NCBI GenBank assembly: GCA_022605425.2
Contig: CM061256.1
Coordinates: 372,001-436,000 of the forward strand
Source: Hamiltosporidium tvaerminnensis FI-OER-3-3
Lineage: Eukaryota; Fungi; Microsporidia
Direction of reading: 5' to 3'
Length of the DNA stretch: 64,000 nt
Part shown: positions 51,421-63,269 of the stretch, piece by piece
Position numbering within the stretch: the first letter of the stretch is position 1
Layout: every line of letters starts with the position of its first letter
Position numbers and translations under genes: made by a program
The notes under the pieces: model-generated
What the model saw: the letters and a program-made list of their open reading frames with translations, nothing else
Told to the model about the DNA's origin: nothing
Database searches by the model: none

Positions 51421-52148
51421 AGGTGGAGGGAGGATAACCACATAAAAAACTTTCTGCTTGGCAATGAGTGTGTGAAACTGGTGTGAGATCATTGTTTGGA
51501 TTTTTGGTGGGAATAAAACCACACTACATCTTCGGTTGTTCCATGGGAGTTTGTATGAGGAGGAGAGGTCTAAGAAATGGTGAAACCTTTTCTACGAATT
51601 TATTTGTAGTTTTTTATGTAACCAGATTGCAGACCGCAGCTGAACATGTAGGTAATCGCCATGTAAAAGCATGGAAACTTAGCCTTGCTCACTCGGGTTA
51701 GAAGACTTAGCGCCTGGGAGATATAAAAATAAAACCAATTAAAAGCCGGGAGAGCTAAGTAGCAGGTTATACCTGTTGGTATGACATTGCACTGTCTAGG
51801 TGGACCCCATGTAAGTCTCTGAAATATATCTTAGCTAGAAGTTTATTTGGTTCAGAAAGTGTAGAGTAAGTGGGAATGCTGCATAGTCTTGGGGGAGCCC
51901 AGGGGGGCTTCGGCCTTCGATCACACTCCATGCAACGGACATTAACGAACTCCGGGCAACTGCCTCGCCTATTAATTAGGTTCTACACACCTGGTAGATG
52001 AAAGGCTTTGGGACGTAGGTATCGCAGGGGTTACCGATGGAGTGTTGGGGTAGCAGTTATTTATGTTAAACCTAGAACTGCGTTAATGTCATGAAAACAA
52101 ATATAACACTTGCCACTATTGTAAAAAGATGTGATATTTCCAAATAAA
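51421..52148 (+). mobile_element. SINE-like element, copy 7, inserted in the LINE 5' region
   Basis: TSD TATTTTTTAATTTAT at 51406-51420 and 52149-52163; LINE ATG follows at 52173. Confidence 0.88.
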
Positions 52149-52172
52149 TATTTTTTAATTTATGAAAGGAAA

Positions 52173-55100
52173 ATGGGTAGAAGGAAAAAAGTAGACAGCG
52201 AAAATATAAAAAATGAAAAAATAAGGGCTGTAAACAACTTGGAGAACAGCGCAGGAGAGATTTTGATGTGTGATGTAGATGTAGCAATGTTATCTGAGAG
52301 ACTTCCACCTCCACCGACCTTCCATGACACCACCCACCAACCACCAAGCAGTAGTTGCCAGACTAGTCCAGTCTGCTTGGTTGACACCCTACCCTCGTCT
52401 TCTGGTACCGATGCCACTGCGTTTGGACCAGCCAACGGCATGACAAACCTCAATACAGATTCCATTCTAGAAGGGAATCGACTGATGGTATTGCACTCAA
52501 TACTTGACTCTGTCACAGTCTTAGAGCAGGAATGGCCTAGATCTGCTATTCTAGCAGTGCAAAAGAGGTGTGAGAGAATGCCCAGAAATGGCTGGCCCGC
52601 TACTCTGAGGTACTATAATGAGAAATTTAGCTGCACACTAGATATCGATGCGTTTAAAAAACTCGCACAAAATGAGGCAGAAAGGGAAATAAGGCAAGAA
52701 GAGAATGGAGAGCGACGTAGAATCGCCACTTGTCTCACTGAGCCATGCACCCTGACTGACACCACGGAGTACATAAACTTAAGAAATAAATTTCTGAGTA
52801 AAATCAAAGAAATCGAGGAGAAAAAAATTGGAAAAGTGGTGATCCGAACTCGAAAGCTTCCAAGTGAATTAGTTTACGGTAAAGTTTTATACCTTATTAA
52901 TCGAATTATTGGTGAGTATGCTGATTCTTATGTGGCGATGACGATAACTGCAGTGGCACGGATAATCCAGGCAGCACAGGTATTTTATGACGAGGCAACA
53001 CGTAAATAGAAGCCTAGATTAGCTTGGATGGAAAACATAGAAAGTGAAATCTCGAAGTTAGTACTTTCCAAAGATCTTCTCGAGAAGGCTCGAAACCAGG
53101 AAAAGCTCTCCACTTCGGAAACGAAGAGCCTTAAGAAAATCATGCGAGAGTTATATTGAAACTTGAGCAGTGTAACTGATCTTTCTGAGGCTTTGGTTAA
53201 GAAGAATGAGTCTTTGAATGTGTACGAGAAAAAAATTACGATGCATGAAAGTAGGGAGCAATTCCGAAAAGAGAATCGTATGTTTGAGCTTTTCCGAGGT
53301 CGATTTTATCGTGGGTTATCTGAGCGTGTGGAATCCGAGCATGTGGTTAGTCGTGATGAAATTATGAGTTTTTGGTCTATACTGTTGAACAAAAATGATG
53401 ACGCAGTCACGTATGATGATTATTTGATTCCATTTGTACCAGATAATCATCCGACCACGTTTCCTTCACTTGATGAATTTGTAAATATCATTAATTGGCT
53501 TCCTAATTGGAAAGCTGCTGGAATTGATGGTATTTACAATTTTTTCATTAAGAAACTTACAACTCTTCACAAATATCTTTATGATATTGTGAAAGTTATA
53601 TGTTTAGAAGGAACACCTCAAGCTGATTGGTTTTACTGCGGGCTTACCTATTTGATACCGAAAGAAATCCCGCAAAGAGGCTCTGACTACAGGCCAATCA
53701 CTTGTATGTCCAATCTCTATAAGTTAACGACTAAGTGTGTAACGAAAGTCGTTCAATTTGAAGTGGAAAGGCGAGGGTTGCTTGCAGAGAACCAACTAGG
53801 GGCGGTAAGAGGTGTGCAGGGAGCGAAAGAGCAGGCTCTACTGAATATTGCCTTAAATAAAGAGTATGACAACAATCTTAAGGCAACATGGATTGATGTT
53901 AAAAAAGCTTATGATTCAATAGATCATGCTTATTTAACTCAATGCATTGAAAACCTTAATTTACCTGATTGGATTATGAAATTTATTAAGGTAATTATAT
54001 CAAAATGAAAATTGATATATCAGTAGGGCCTGAAAAAATCATGAGCAAGAAGATTGAGAGAGGAATTCTGCAAGGAGATAGTCTGTCACCATTGCTGTTT
54101 GTATTGTGTATGGATCCATTGAGCCGAAAGCTTAATAAAAAATACACAAAAGTGACAGTACAAACAGATGCAGAATTCTATTATACTAATCATTTCTTGT
54201 TTATTGACGATCTTAAGCTCCTTGCAAAAGACAGCTCCACATTGAGTGCTATGAAAGGCGAGGCAAAGGAATTTTTAGAGGTGATTGGCATAGAGATTAA
54301 CAAAGAGAAGTCAGCCACAAATGATACGTGTTGTGAAGATACTGCTACTCTTCTGTAAGGTGTTAGTGTTTACAAATATTTAGGAATAATAGAAGATAGC
54401 AGAGGAATTCAAACACGTAGCACATTTGAAGAATTACAAAGCAAACTTATATCAAGAGTTGAAAGACTTTTTCACACTAGATTAAATGCAAAAAATTATT
54501 TTCTGCAATGAATCCACATGCGATATCGCTTATCAACTTTCACATAAGAGTATTTCGACTTGAACCGGCTGACTTCTCTAAGTTAGATGATGCAGTGCGT
54601 GCAGTGTTGGTGAAGAATAAGATACATCTCCGCCCAGGATGTAAAGAGCGTTTATACCTTCCTAGAACAGAACTTGGAAGAGGCCTACATAGTGTTGAGT
54701 GGCGAAGCGAACATATGCTTCTGCAACTCTTGGATTGTCTGGAAAAAAGTAAAGAAATATCAAGTAGACGAGCAGCAATCCTCAAGGTGGAGAATAATAA
54801 TAAAATCCATCTTGCACTAATTAAAGGCTTCTTACAAGTAAAATACAGGTTTGTAGAAGAAGTCACTAAGAAAGGTTTAGAAGAAGCGTAACTCGCAAAA
54901 CTATATAACGAAATAGAAAAACGAAAACTACATTCAAAGTTATATAATGCAAGGAAAAATGAGCTTGTAAGTGTTAGTGACTCTTCAAGATGGTTAAAGA
55001 GAGGGAATATTAGGCCGCGTGATGAAGCAGTGTTCTGCTATATCCAGGATAGAAATGTATTCTGGGGAGCAGATGGTATGTGTCAACACTGCAATAAATC

Positions 55101-55955
55101 TGGTAAGACTGTAGATCATCTAGCAACTCGATGTGAAAAAATGCTAGGCCATGACTACACCAGACGGCATAATGAAGTGGTTAGATGCCTACACACTTCT
55201 CTTAAATAGATATAAGTTTAAGTCTTCAAAACGAATTAGGAGTTACTCAGTTCAAGAAATTCTTGATAATGAGTATGCAGAGATAAGAGTGGACACCAGA
55301 ATAAAAACTGATGTCAAAATTCGGAATAACAGACCTGAAATTTAAATTTTAGATAAGAAGAAGAATAAGATGACACTCGTTGAAGTAGGAATCACTTCGA
55401 CAGATTCACTTAAAATAGTTGAAACTGAAAAACTTAGGAAGTATGACCTGCTAGCCAATGAGTTGGGTCTTATTTATAAGTGTAGTGTTGAGATAATCCC
55501 TTATGTGATGACCTGGGACGGTATTGTGACAAAATACCATAAATCTCATCTTAAAAGACTAGAAATACCCATGAATGTAGAGACATACATTCAGTCTATA
55601 GTACTTAAGAAAACAGTCGAAACAATTTCCTTGGATCGACGAAGAGGACTTGAGTCAGGACTAAATGCCGAAGAGAGCTGGGAGAGAGCGTCAATGGGTG
55701 TTATTATGAGATCAGAGATGCATGAGGAACCAATACCCCCTTTAAAAGAAGCGAAAAGAGAGGAAGATGGTGTTAAAACTTTAAAACCAAAAAATAATAC
55801 ACCCCTTATTTCACAAGGAGGAACCACTTTAGAGGAACCGATTAATAACACAAACGAAGAGTCGGATTTGGAAGAAGAGACAGTAGTGGTTAAAGAGATA
55901 GATGAAAACATATATAAATGGTAAAAATATTTTAACCTAGAATTTTATTAAATAA
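52173..55955 (+). mobile_element. Near-complete R4/Dong-clade non-LTR retrotransposon (RT, CCHC zinc knuckle, RLE), inactivated
   Basis: WKAAGIDG, YRPITC, WIDVKKAYDSIDH, GILQGDSLSPLLF, FIDD, YKYLG, RLYLPR..GRGL, CQHC-x8-H-x4-C (55081-55134), RHNEV, RP(E)..EVGIT..EKLRKY. Stops at 53007, 54356 and 54889 plus several frameshifts; no poly(A). Confidence 0.93.
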
Positions 55956-55961
55956 AATTTG

Positions 55962-56186
55962 TCAAAGATTTTTTTTAGGTTGCCCTGCACATTAAAAAGA
56001 AAAATTCAATTATGGTGCTTTCCTTTCCATAAAATCATGATTAAACTTTTTTTGTTTAATATATAAAAATTACACCGTCCAAAGTTTAATTAAGTAAATA
56101 TAGGAAACATAAAAATACTAAATAATTATACAATAAGAGTAATTAAACCACTTACGCGCAAATTTTAGTAGTATAATACATTTTAA
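55962..56186. repeat. ~225-bp dispersed non-coding repeat (also 34762-34983, and 2169-2390 inverted)
   Basis: TCAAAGATTTTTTTAGGTT..ATTATGGTGCT..GTTTAATTAAG..AAATAATTATACAATAAGAGTAATTAAAC..AGTATAATACATTTT shared. Confidence 0.75.
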
Positions 56187-56994
56187 ATATAATGTTAAGT
56201 TTATGGCTAAATTCAAAAAATGAAAGATCTTAATATCTGCTAAAAACGAGAGTCTAGGTGTTTTTAAACGCAACTGAACTTATATTGAATAAAATAAAAA
56301 GAATAAAATGAAATAAGTCTATTTTTATTATATTGTTCCATTTAGATTGGTGGCTGATTATGGCATCAAAACCCATCTGCTCAGCTATTATCAAGTAGAA
56401 TTAGTGCAAAATCATTGTTTGAATTATTTGTGGAATGAAGGAGATATACAAAAAGGTAATTTTTTTTAAAAAAAAATTGTGTTTAAAAAGATTGGAAACC
56501 CCAAATCAGACTATGCTAATTGTAAAGTTATAACATGGAACCAAACCTTGCTTACTCGATTTAAAAAATTAAGGTTTGAATTATATAGAATATATACTCT
56601 TTACAAAAGCAGAAAATCTAATAAGCAGATATTATATGTTAATTTGGCATTTCAACGTTTAAATTAACTCTACCAAACTCGCTAAAATGCATTTTTGCAG
56701 AAATTTATTTGATTCTGAAAAGTAAGAGTGATGGGAAGGTGCTTATCATAGTAGAGAAAAGTTAGATTTCGAGCTGCAATCCCGTTTAAGATCAAAAAAA
56801 TATATGAATACATGAGATTTATTGGTCTTTTAACAAGATTTTCACAAATTTTAATTAAAAAGCTTCGGTATCTAGGTGTCTTTGAAGTTTTAAGGGAACC
56901 GTAAAAATACAGGCCTTAACTGCGTAAACATAATTAATATATAATATACATTTTTTATAGAAATATCTTATATTTATTGAATTGCTCTCTCTAA

Positions 56995-58730
56995 ATATAT
57001 CTAATAAATTCTGGTTCAAAACTTTTCTTCACACTTCTATATATTTTCTCTACTTCTTATACCAGCATATTTTCCTCTTCTGTATTTAACTTTTCATTTA
57101 TGTTTATTGTCAGTTCTTCGAATGCCGTTCCTTCTTCCGAAACAAAGGTTGATTATTATTTTTTTAAGAACTTTAACACCATCCGCTTGGCTAATCGCTT
57201 GTTTTTTAATGAAAGTTGGACTCTTTTGCATTTTGGCTCTCTCGTTAACACACATTGACGCCTTTCCCCAGCTCTCTCGTTAACACACATTGACGCCTTT
57301 CCCCAGCTCTCTCTGGCATTTGATCACGACTCAAGTCCTCTTCGTCTATCCGAAAAATTAATTCCACTGTATTTCTTAGCACTATCCACTGTAGATATGT
57401 TTCTAAATTTATGGGTATTTACAATCTTTTAAGCTACATCTTATGATATTTGCCACAATACGGTACCAGGTAACTATATCAGAGATTACCCCAACACAAT
57501 ACTTATAAATATAACCCAAAACATTGGCAATATTTCCTTCTTTTAATGTTTTTAGGCTTAATTATGATGAAAAGAATATGCGAATATAATTCCTACATAG
57601 ATGAGGGTTATCTATTGTTACTCTAATCTGAAATAAAACTACCGGGTTTATTATTTCTAATACTGAACACTTTTTTTATTCTGGTGTCCAATTTTAGCTT
57701 CGCATACTCGTTTTCAAGAATTTCTCAAACTACGTAGCTTCAAATTCGTTTTGAGAACTCAAAATTATATCTATTTAGAAGAATATGATACAACTGATAA
57801 CTATTCATTATGGCTCTGATGTGCTCTTGACTAAAGATATCTCACATCGAGTTGCTAAATCCTAAACTGTTTTACAATAAACATTGCCGTGTTAGCAGAT
57901 AACATCGACTTACCAGAATATATTTTTTTCCTAGATACAGCAGAACACTGATGCATAGCATAAACTTAATTCCAGCTCTTTATTCATCTAAAAGAGTCAC
58001 TAATACCTTAGGGCTCGTTTTCATCTTGCATTATACTACTTTTGATGAAGTTTTCTTTTTTCAATTTCCTTATAAATTTTTCAAATTGAAAGTTTTCTAA
58101 ATTTATCTTAATAACATTCTCCAACCAATATTTTACTCATAAGCATCTATAGATTAGAGCAAGATGGATTTTTTAGTATTTTATAACTTTAGGATTGCAG
58201 CTCTTCAAGTGAATATTTTTTCATTTTTTCTAGACAAGCCAAACGTTGCAGAAGCATATGTTCGCTTCTCAAACCAACACCATTAAGTCTCTTCCCAGTT
58301 CTGTTCTTGAGCAGAACAAACCCCAGTTACATCTTAAGTGAATATTTTCCTTATTTTTTTTACAAACATTGCACATATCCCATCATCAAACCTAAAGAAA
58401 TCTGCCGGTTTAGGCCAGAGTACTCTATAGAGAAGTTTATTACAATATTGCGTGCAGATTAATCGCAGAGAATAATTTTTTTGCGTTTAATCTATTATGA
58501 CAAAGTATTTTAACGCTTGATATTCGTGTGCGCTGTATTTCTTCGAATGAGCCAAGTGTCTGATCACACCTACTATTACCTTTATTTTCAATATTTACTA
58601 AGAAAAACACCTTCTGGGACAATAGCAATATAATTGCTACACTTATAATTCTTGACCGACTTTTCTTTGATTATTTATAACCTAATAGCCTTTGAAAATC
58701 TTCTAGCCTCACACTTCATAGCTCCCAACT
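56995..58730 (-). mobile_element. Decayed R4 LINE copy, tail-to-tail with the 52-56 kb copy
   Basis: Reverse-strand similarity to ~54260-55950 (GACTCAAGTCCTCTTCGTC, CATCGAGTTGCTA, AGCATATGTTCGCTT); internal ~34-bp tandem duplication at 57238-57312. Confidence 0.8.
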
Positions 58731-59304
58731 TGATTATATATAATCGTATACAAATATATTAAATAGTACTCCACGAAATATAATCAAAACTAATAAGAAA
58801 TTTCCAAAATCTAAGTAACTTCTAATACATTTACTAGACATTTTAATTTGAATGAACAGTATTTTTGAAACGATTGATGAATTGATACCACTTACTTGCA
58901 TCTCAAAGCAATATCTTTTATAAAACAATTACCAATTAGAAAGTTTTCAAATCCACCCAAAAAAATCTCAATTCATTCATTAAACAGTATAGAGACAAAT
59001 ATAAGACTTAAAATAAAATTTTTGTTCATTGTTTTTGTTTTCTATGTGGTTTTTATATTTAAATTACACTTCTTAAATCGTAGCCTACATCTTTAAACCT
59101 AGGGCTACAAAGAATACTATAATAAAATAATTAGATCAAATCTTGCTCAGATTGCAAATCCATTATTTACATTAATAGTCTTTAAAGGTTTTATTTAATA
59201 AATGCATATTAATATAGATAAAACATGTTCCTAAGATTCAAAAAGAAATACTAGCAAATATTTATTTAAAGAAAAAATCATAGAAAATGCTAAATAACAT
59301 AATA

Positions 59305-61650
59305 TTATGTTAGCTCAACATATATGGGATCTTCATAAAGACATTTCAGAAATTCATCATAAGTTTTTTCCTGACTAATACAATCGATTTCAAATCTACA
59401 TATTGGTATTAACACCAAATAATTTTTTACTGCTAGTAAATCTAAACCAGTTGGTGTTAATCGCATCCTCTTAAGATATTTGAAATTTATAAGATATTTA
59501 AGATCCTTCATGCATATTTTGACCAACCACAAATCCAATTTCCTTAAAGATTTGAAAAATTTGCACATTGAATCCAACTTGTGAAAACTGGTCCCATGAA
59601 ATACACATCCAAATAAATTTAATTCTTCAAGTGTTTCGAAATATTTGATTGCATCTAAATCATTGGAATCCAAAATACCCAAACCATAAGATAGTTTTTT
59701 TAACTTTGAAGAGCTAACTGTGCATATCTTTGCTAAATAACCCATTGGAAGATTGCAACAGGACAAGTTTAAATATTCGATCAATTCAAGGGTTTCAAAA
59801 ATATTTAGATGACTAATGACTTTTAAATCTGTAGCATAGAAATTCAACATATATAGATTTCTTGAAGAACGAATACAATGATTTAAATTACCGATAGGCT
59901 CAACAATACACAATTTAAGAGATAGACTTGTTAAATTTTCTAATCGGAAAATTTCGTTCATAGTAGAAAAGCTTATGGTTATTTTTGTTAAAACAAGTTT
60001 GGTAAGTTTATTAAAATGACTGTACAAATCAACCAGAAGAGGTTTTTTTCGCGAAGAATAGTTTTTTAGCTGTAGAACCTTTATTTTCTGTTTTTGCAAT
60101 GAAATATTGTAAAATCTCGGCGGAATTTTGTAGCTACCAATAGTGAGATATACCAAATTTTTCATACCTTCAATTGCTTTTAACAAATATATTTCGGTCT
60201 TTTCATTAGTTTCATATCCTTTTAATTTCAAATTTTTTAGATTTCTCCAACACGATAAAGAATTACAAAAATCAATGGTTAGAATAAGATTGCAAAAAGT
60301 GCAATCAAAGTACAAAACGTTTTTAAAGCACATTTGTATAATGAACGCTTTGATAAAACTTTCTTGTAAGGAGGAATTATCAAATGAAAGTATAATTGTA
60401 TGAATTTTTGCTCTTAGTAAAAAATCCATCCACCAGTTAATATCTATACTAACATTCCTAAAAAATATGTATTCTAGAGTGTCATTTAAATGCATGCAGA
60501 GTTCAATATAAGGGAAAAAATCAATATAATCTACATCACCCAATAAAAAACCTCTAAGTTTTCTCTGTCTTAGGAATCTATCAAGATTATTTTTTGAAAT
60601 CGAAAGGTTTTTAAATCTAAGAAATTCTATGTCCTTTTTAAGAGCACCATTTAGTCTGTATAAAAAAAGCGAGGAAAAGTCATCTATATAGGAAATTATT
60701 ATGGATTCGAAAATATTCATTGAAAGGATCAGAAATTTATGTTCAATATCCGGAATACTATTTAAGTCTAGGTAATTATTTATAATAAAAGCTTTTATAT
60801 TGATAATCTTCAATAAGATCTTTAAAGAATTAAAAGTGTAAGAATTTTTGAGAATATTTTCTAAAGTACAAAATACTTTATAACTATTTACCAGTAAATT
60901 TTTATATGGAATATGTTCATCAAACAGTGATGTATCGTATTTTTCTTTACAATTTTCCAAAAATAATAAATTGCCATCATACCACACATATTTCATCATA
61001 TTAATATTTAAAATTGCCGAAATGAGATTATTTTTTATTGAAAAATGTATTTTATTGGCAAAGCAAGAGTCAAATATCTGTTTGAAATCCAATTGTACCT
61101 TTTTATAGGAATTTAGAGAAAAAATGTCAATGAAAATTAAGGCGTGAAATAATTTGATGATGTTATTGTTTTCTACTGCTTTTAAACATTTTAGGGTTAA
61201 AAGCAAATTTCTAAACCGATTATTTGTCAAGGTATTCGATATGTTTGCTATATCTTTAGTAATTTTAAGAAAGTAAATCAATTCATAATCACATTCAATC
61301 ATTCCATTTTTAATTTTGCTTGCTATAGAATTTAGAGATAGAATATCATTCAAAATCTCAAAATTAACAAAGTTTTCTTTTGTGTATTTAAAACAATGTA
61401 CTTTACCGCTATAAAACGATATATTTTCGTCACAAAGGTATGTTATTTTAAAACACTTACCAGGGTTTTTACTGAGACATTCTATTCTTTTTTCCTCAAA
61501 AAATAGAATTTCGTAGTTTCCATTTTTTCTAAATGCATATCTAAATGTATAAGAAATAGCAAATCCAAACCATATAAAAATATATAACCAAATAAGAAAT
61601 TTTTCATAAAAATTCTTCGCTTTATCATAACCAATACAAGTAGCAACCAT
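59305..61650 (-). CDS. Leucine-rich-repeat protein, 781 aa (same family as 28483-30885)
   Basis: Hydrophobic LIWLYIFIWFGFAIS before YTF; shared YTKENF, LLTLKxLxAV and EHIPYKNLL motifs; LRRs (IEYLNLSCCNL, LEELNLFGC). Confidence 0.88.
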   Translation of the reverse strand: MVATCIGYDKAKNFYEKFLIWLYIFIWFGFAISYTFRYAFRKNGNYEILFFEEKRIECLSKNPGKCFKITYLCDENISFYSGKVHCFKYTKENFVNFEILNDILSLNSIASKIKNGMIECDYELIYFLKITKDIANISNTLTNNRFRNLLLTLKCLKAVENNNIIKLFHALIFIDIFSLNSYKKVQLDFKQIFDSCFANKIHFSIKNNLISAILNINMMKYVWYDGNLLFLENCKEKYDTSLFDEHIPYKNLLVNSYKVFCTLENILKNSYTFNSLKILLKIINIKAFIINNYLDLNSIPDIEHKFLILSMNIFESIIISYIDDFSSLFLYRLNGALKKDIEFLRFKNLSISKNNLDRFLRQRKLRGFLLGDVDYIDFFPYIELCMHLNDTLEYIFFRNVSIDINWWMDFLLRAKIHTIILSFDNSSLQESFIKAFIIQMCFKNVLYFDCTFCNLILTIDFCNSLSCWRNLKNLKLKGYETNEKTEIYLLKAIEGMKNLVYLTIGSYKIPPRFYNISLQKQKIKVLQLKNYSSRKKPLLVDLYSHFNKLTKLVLTKITISFSTMNEIFRLENLTSLSLKLCIVEPIGNLNHCIRSSRNLYMLNFYATDLKVISHLNIFETLELIEYLNLSCCNLPMGYLAKICTVSSSKLKKLSYGLGILDSNDLDAIKYFETLEELNLFGCVFHGTSFHKLDSMCKFFKSLRKLDLWLVKICMKDLKYLINFKYLKRMRLTPTGLDLLAVKNYLVLIPICRFEIDCISQEKTYDEFLKCLYEDPIYVELT

Positions 61651-63269
61651 TTCTAATATATTAAGAGGTCTATAAAAGTTTTTTTTAATAATACTGATAA
61701 AATGATATAATTATCTTGTAATCATAAATTAAATTAACTGAGAAAGTTTCCAAAAGAGCCTAAAATACTTCGAATAATCACAATGCTTATAAAACCCCCA
61801 TCTTAAATCTAAATTAAAAGTATTTTATTTCTACGGCATAATTTTTTTTGTATTATCGATTATAGCGGGAAAATAAGTTATTTAAATTAATTTTTAAAGA
61901 AATCTAGATCTAAGATTAAATTTTATGTAAAAATCTTTAATTTTTATATGAATATTTTAATTGATAAAATAAAATAAATCTAAAATAGTAAGCGATATAT
62001 ATCGAAACAACTTATTTTCGAATGAAGAAATTTCAAAAATCCGAACTTAACCCTATTTCATATAAAATATAGTATTTGCCTTTTAAATAGCGCAAAATTC
62101 TTTTTATATATAAACCTTAGTCATTTTGATTCATATTCATACTTTAAGATGTATTTTGAGGATGCTTTGAACATAGGAATGTGATGTTCACATATGATTG
62201 TTTTTTATTTGAAGCTTCTTTTGTAAAGTTCTTAGCATAATTTATCTTTCATAGTAAAATAAGAGTAATAGTGTTTATAGATCTTCAAATAGTATCTCAA
62301 TAGTTAAAAACAAAGATTGGCTTGCTTTATAGCCCGTATACACATAAAATTCTATAAAAAGTCACGCCGGCGGATAACCTAGTAGTCTTTATACCACCCT
62401 ATAGAAAAGTATTCCTACATCGTTGCAGTTTTACACAGACGTGCAAAAAATATAAGCTGAACGAAGAAAAATTTTGAATATATATCTTTGGAAAAGTATA
62501 TCAATAAGTTTATAAAAAATCCAAATTTATATTTTGATGAGTAAAGTTTCAAAAAAAGCCAAATTCAGAAAAAATAGATTCATAAATCGTATCAATCTAT
62601 CTGTTTAATTACAATACACATAAGTAGAGAATTTTTTTTGATTTATACTTTTACTTTTTTCACGCTTGACTCCCTGACTATACCCTTGTATAAATTTATT
62701 TTACGCTTATAGAATTACTGAAAAAGGTAATAGGAGCCCATAATAATAGAATAGTAAAGCTGAACGTGCAAATTTTACTAAGAAGACACATTAAATCTAC
62801 ATTGGAGAGCGGTTTTAATATGAACAAAGCTCTTGTCCAGCAAACACATGTAATCGTAAAAATGAGCAAAATCATTTTTCGGAGCAGCTCCGAACGTATG
62901 CATCTGAGTACAAGAGTCAAATATGTTATACAATTATATCTATTTGTTTGTTTAAGCTACTAAAAAACATATAAATATATTTTTGTGGATTTTTAACATG
63001 ATCTTCATCTATATTTTATTCCGATATTGCTATTTTAAGCCAAAATAATCAAAACAAAATACTCTTCTCATTTTCCAATAAAAAAAGAACCTACACTTAC
63101 AGTTGTAGTTTTTTCTTAATTATTTGAATAGCCGCAATATACCAATCAAAACATTTGCTTTAATTGAAAATTTAGTAGTTAACCATACAGTATTGATATT
63201 ATAATTTTTATTGAATATATATGAATTCTAAGAATAAAGAGAGATAAATAGTAAATATACAGCAAATAA

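Noticed and set aside
51468-51701. Recurrent 77-aa ORF MCETGVRS... (also 16165-16398, 39734-39967)
   Set aside because: GTG start, seen only in the three youngest near-identical SINE copies and not in older ones; explained by DNA identity, not coding constraint.
51421-52115. Twister-like words (GTGGAGGG at the start, TAACACTTGCC near the end) and group I-like words
   Set aside because: Required partner motifs were not found on the same strand in the right order; cannot be supported without a covariance-model search.
51421-52148. The 730-bp unit as the LINE's 5' UTR or as a solo LTR
   Set aside because: It has its own 15-bp TSD here, no second copy at the LINE 3' end, no TG..CA ends, and TSDs too long for an LTR integrase.
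52131-52172. ORF-track start at 52131 for the LINE ORF
   Set aside because: It is a GTG inside the SINE end and TSD; ATG 52173 is more plausible.
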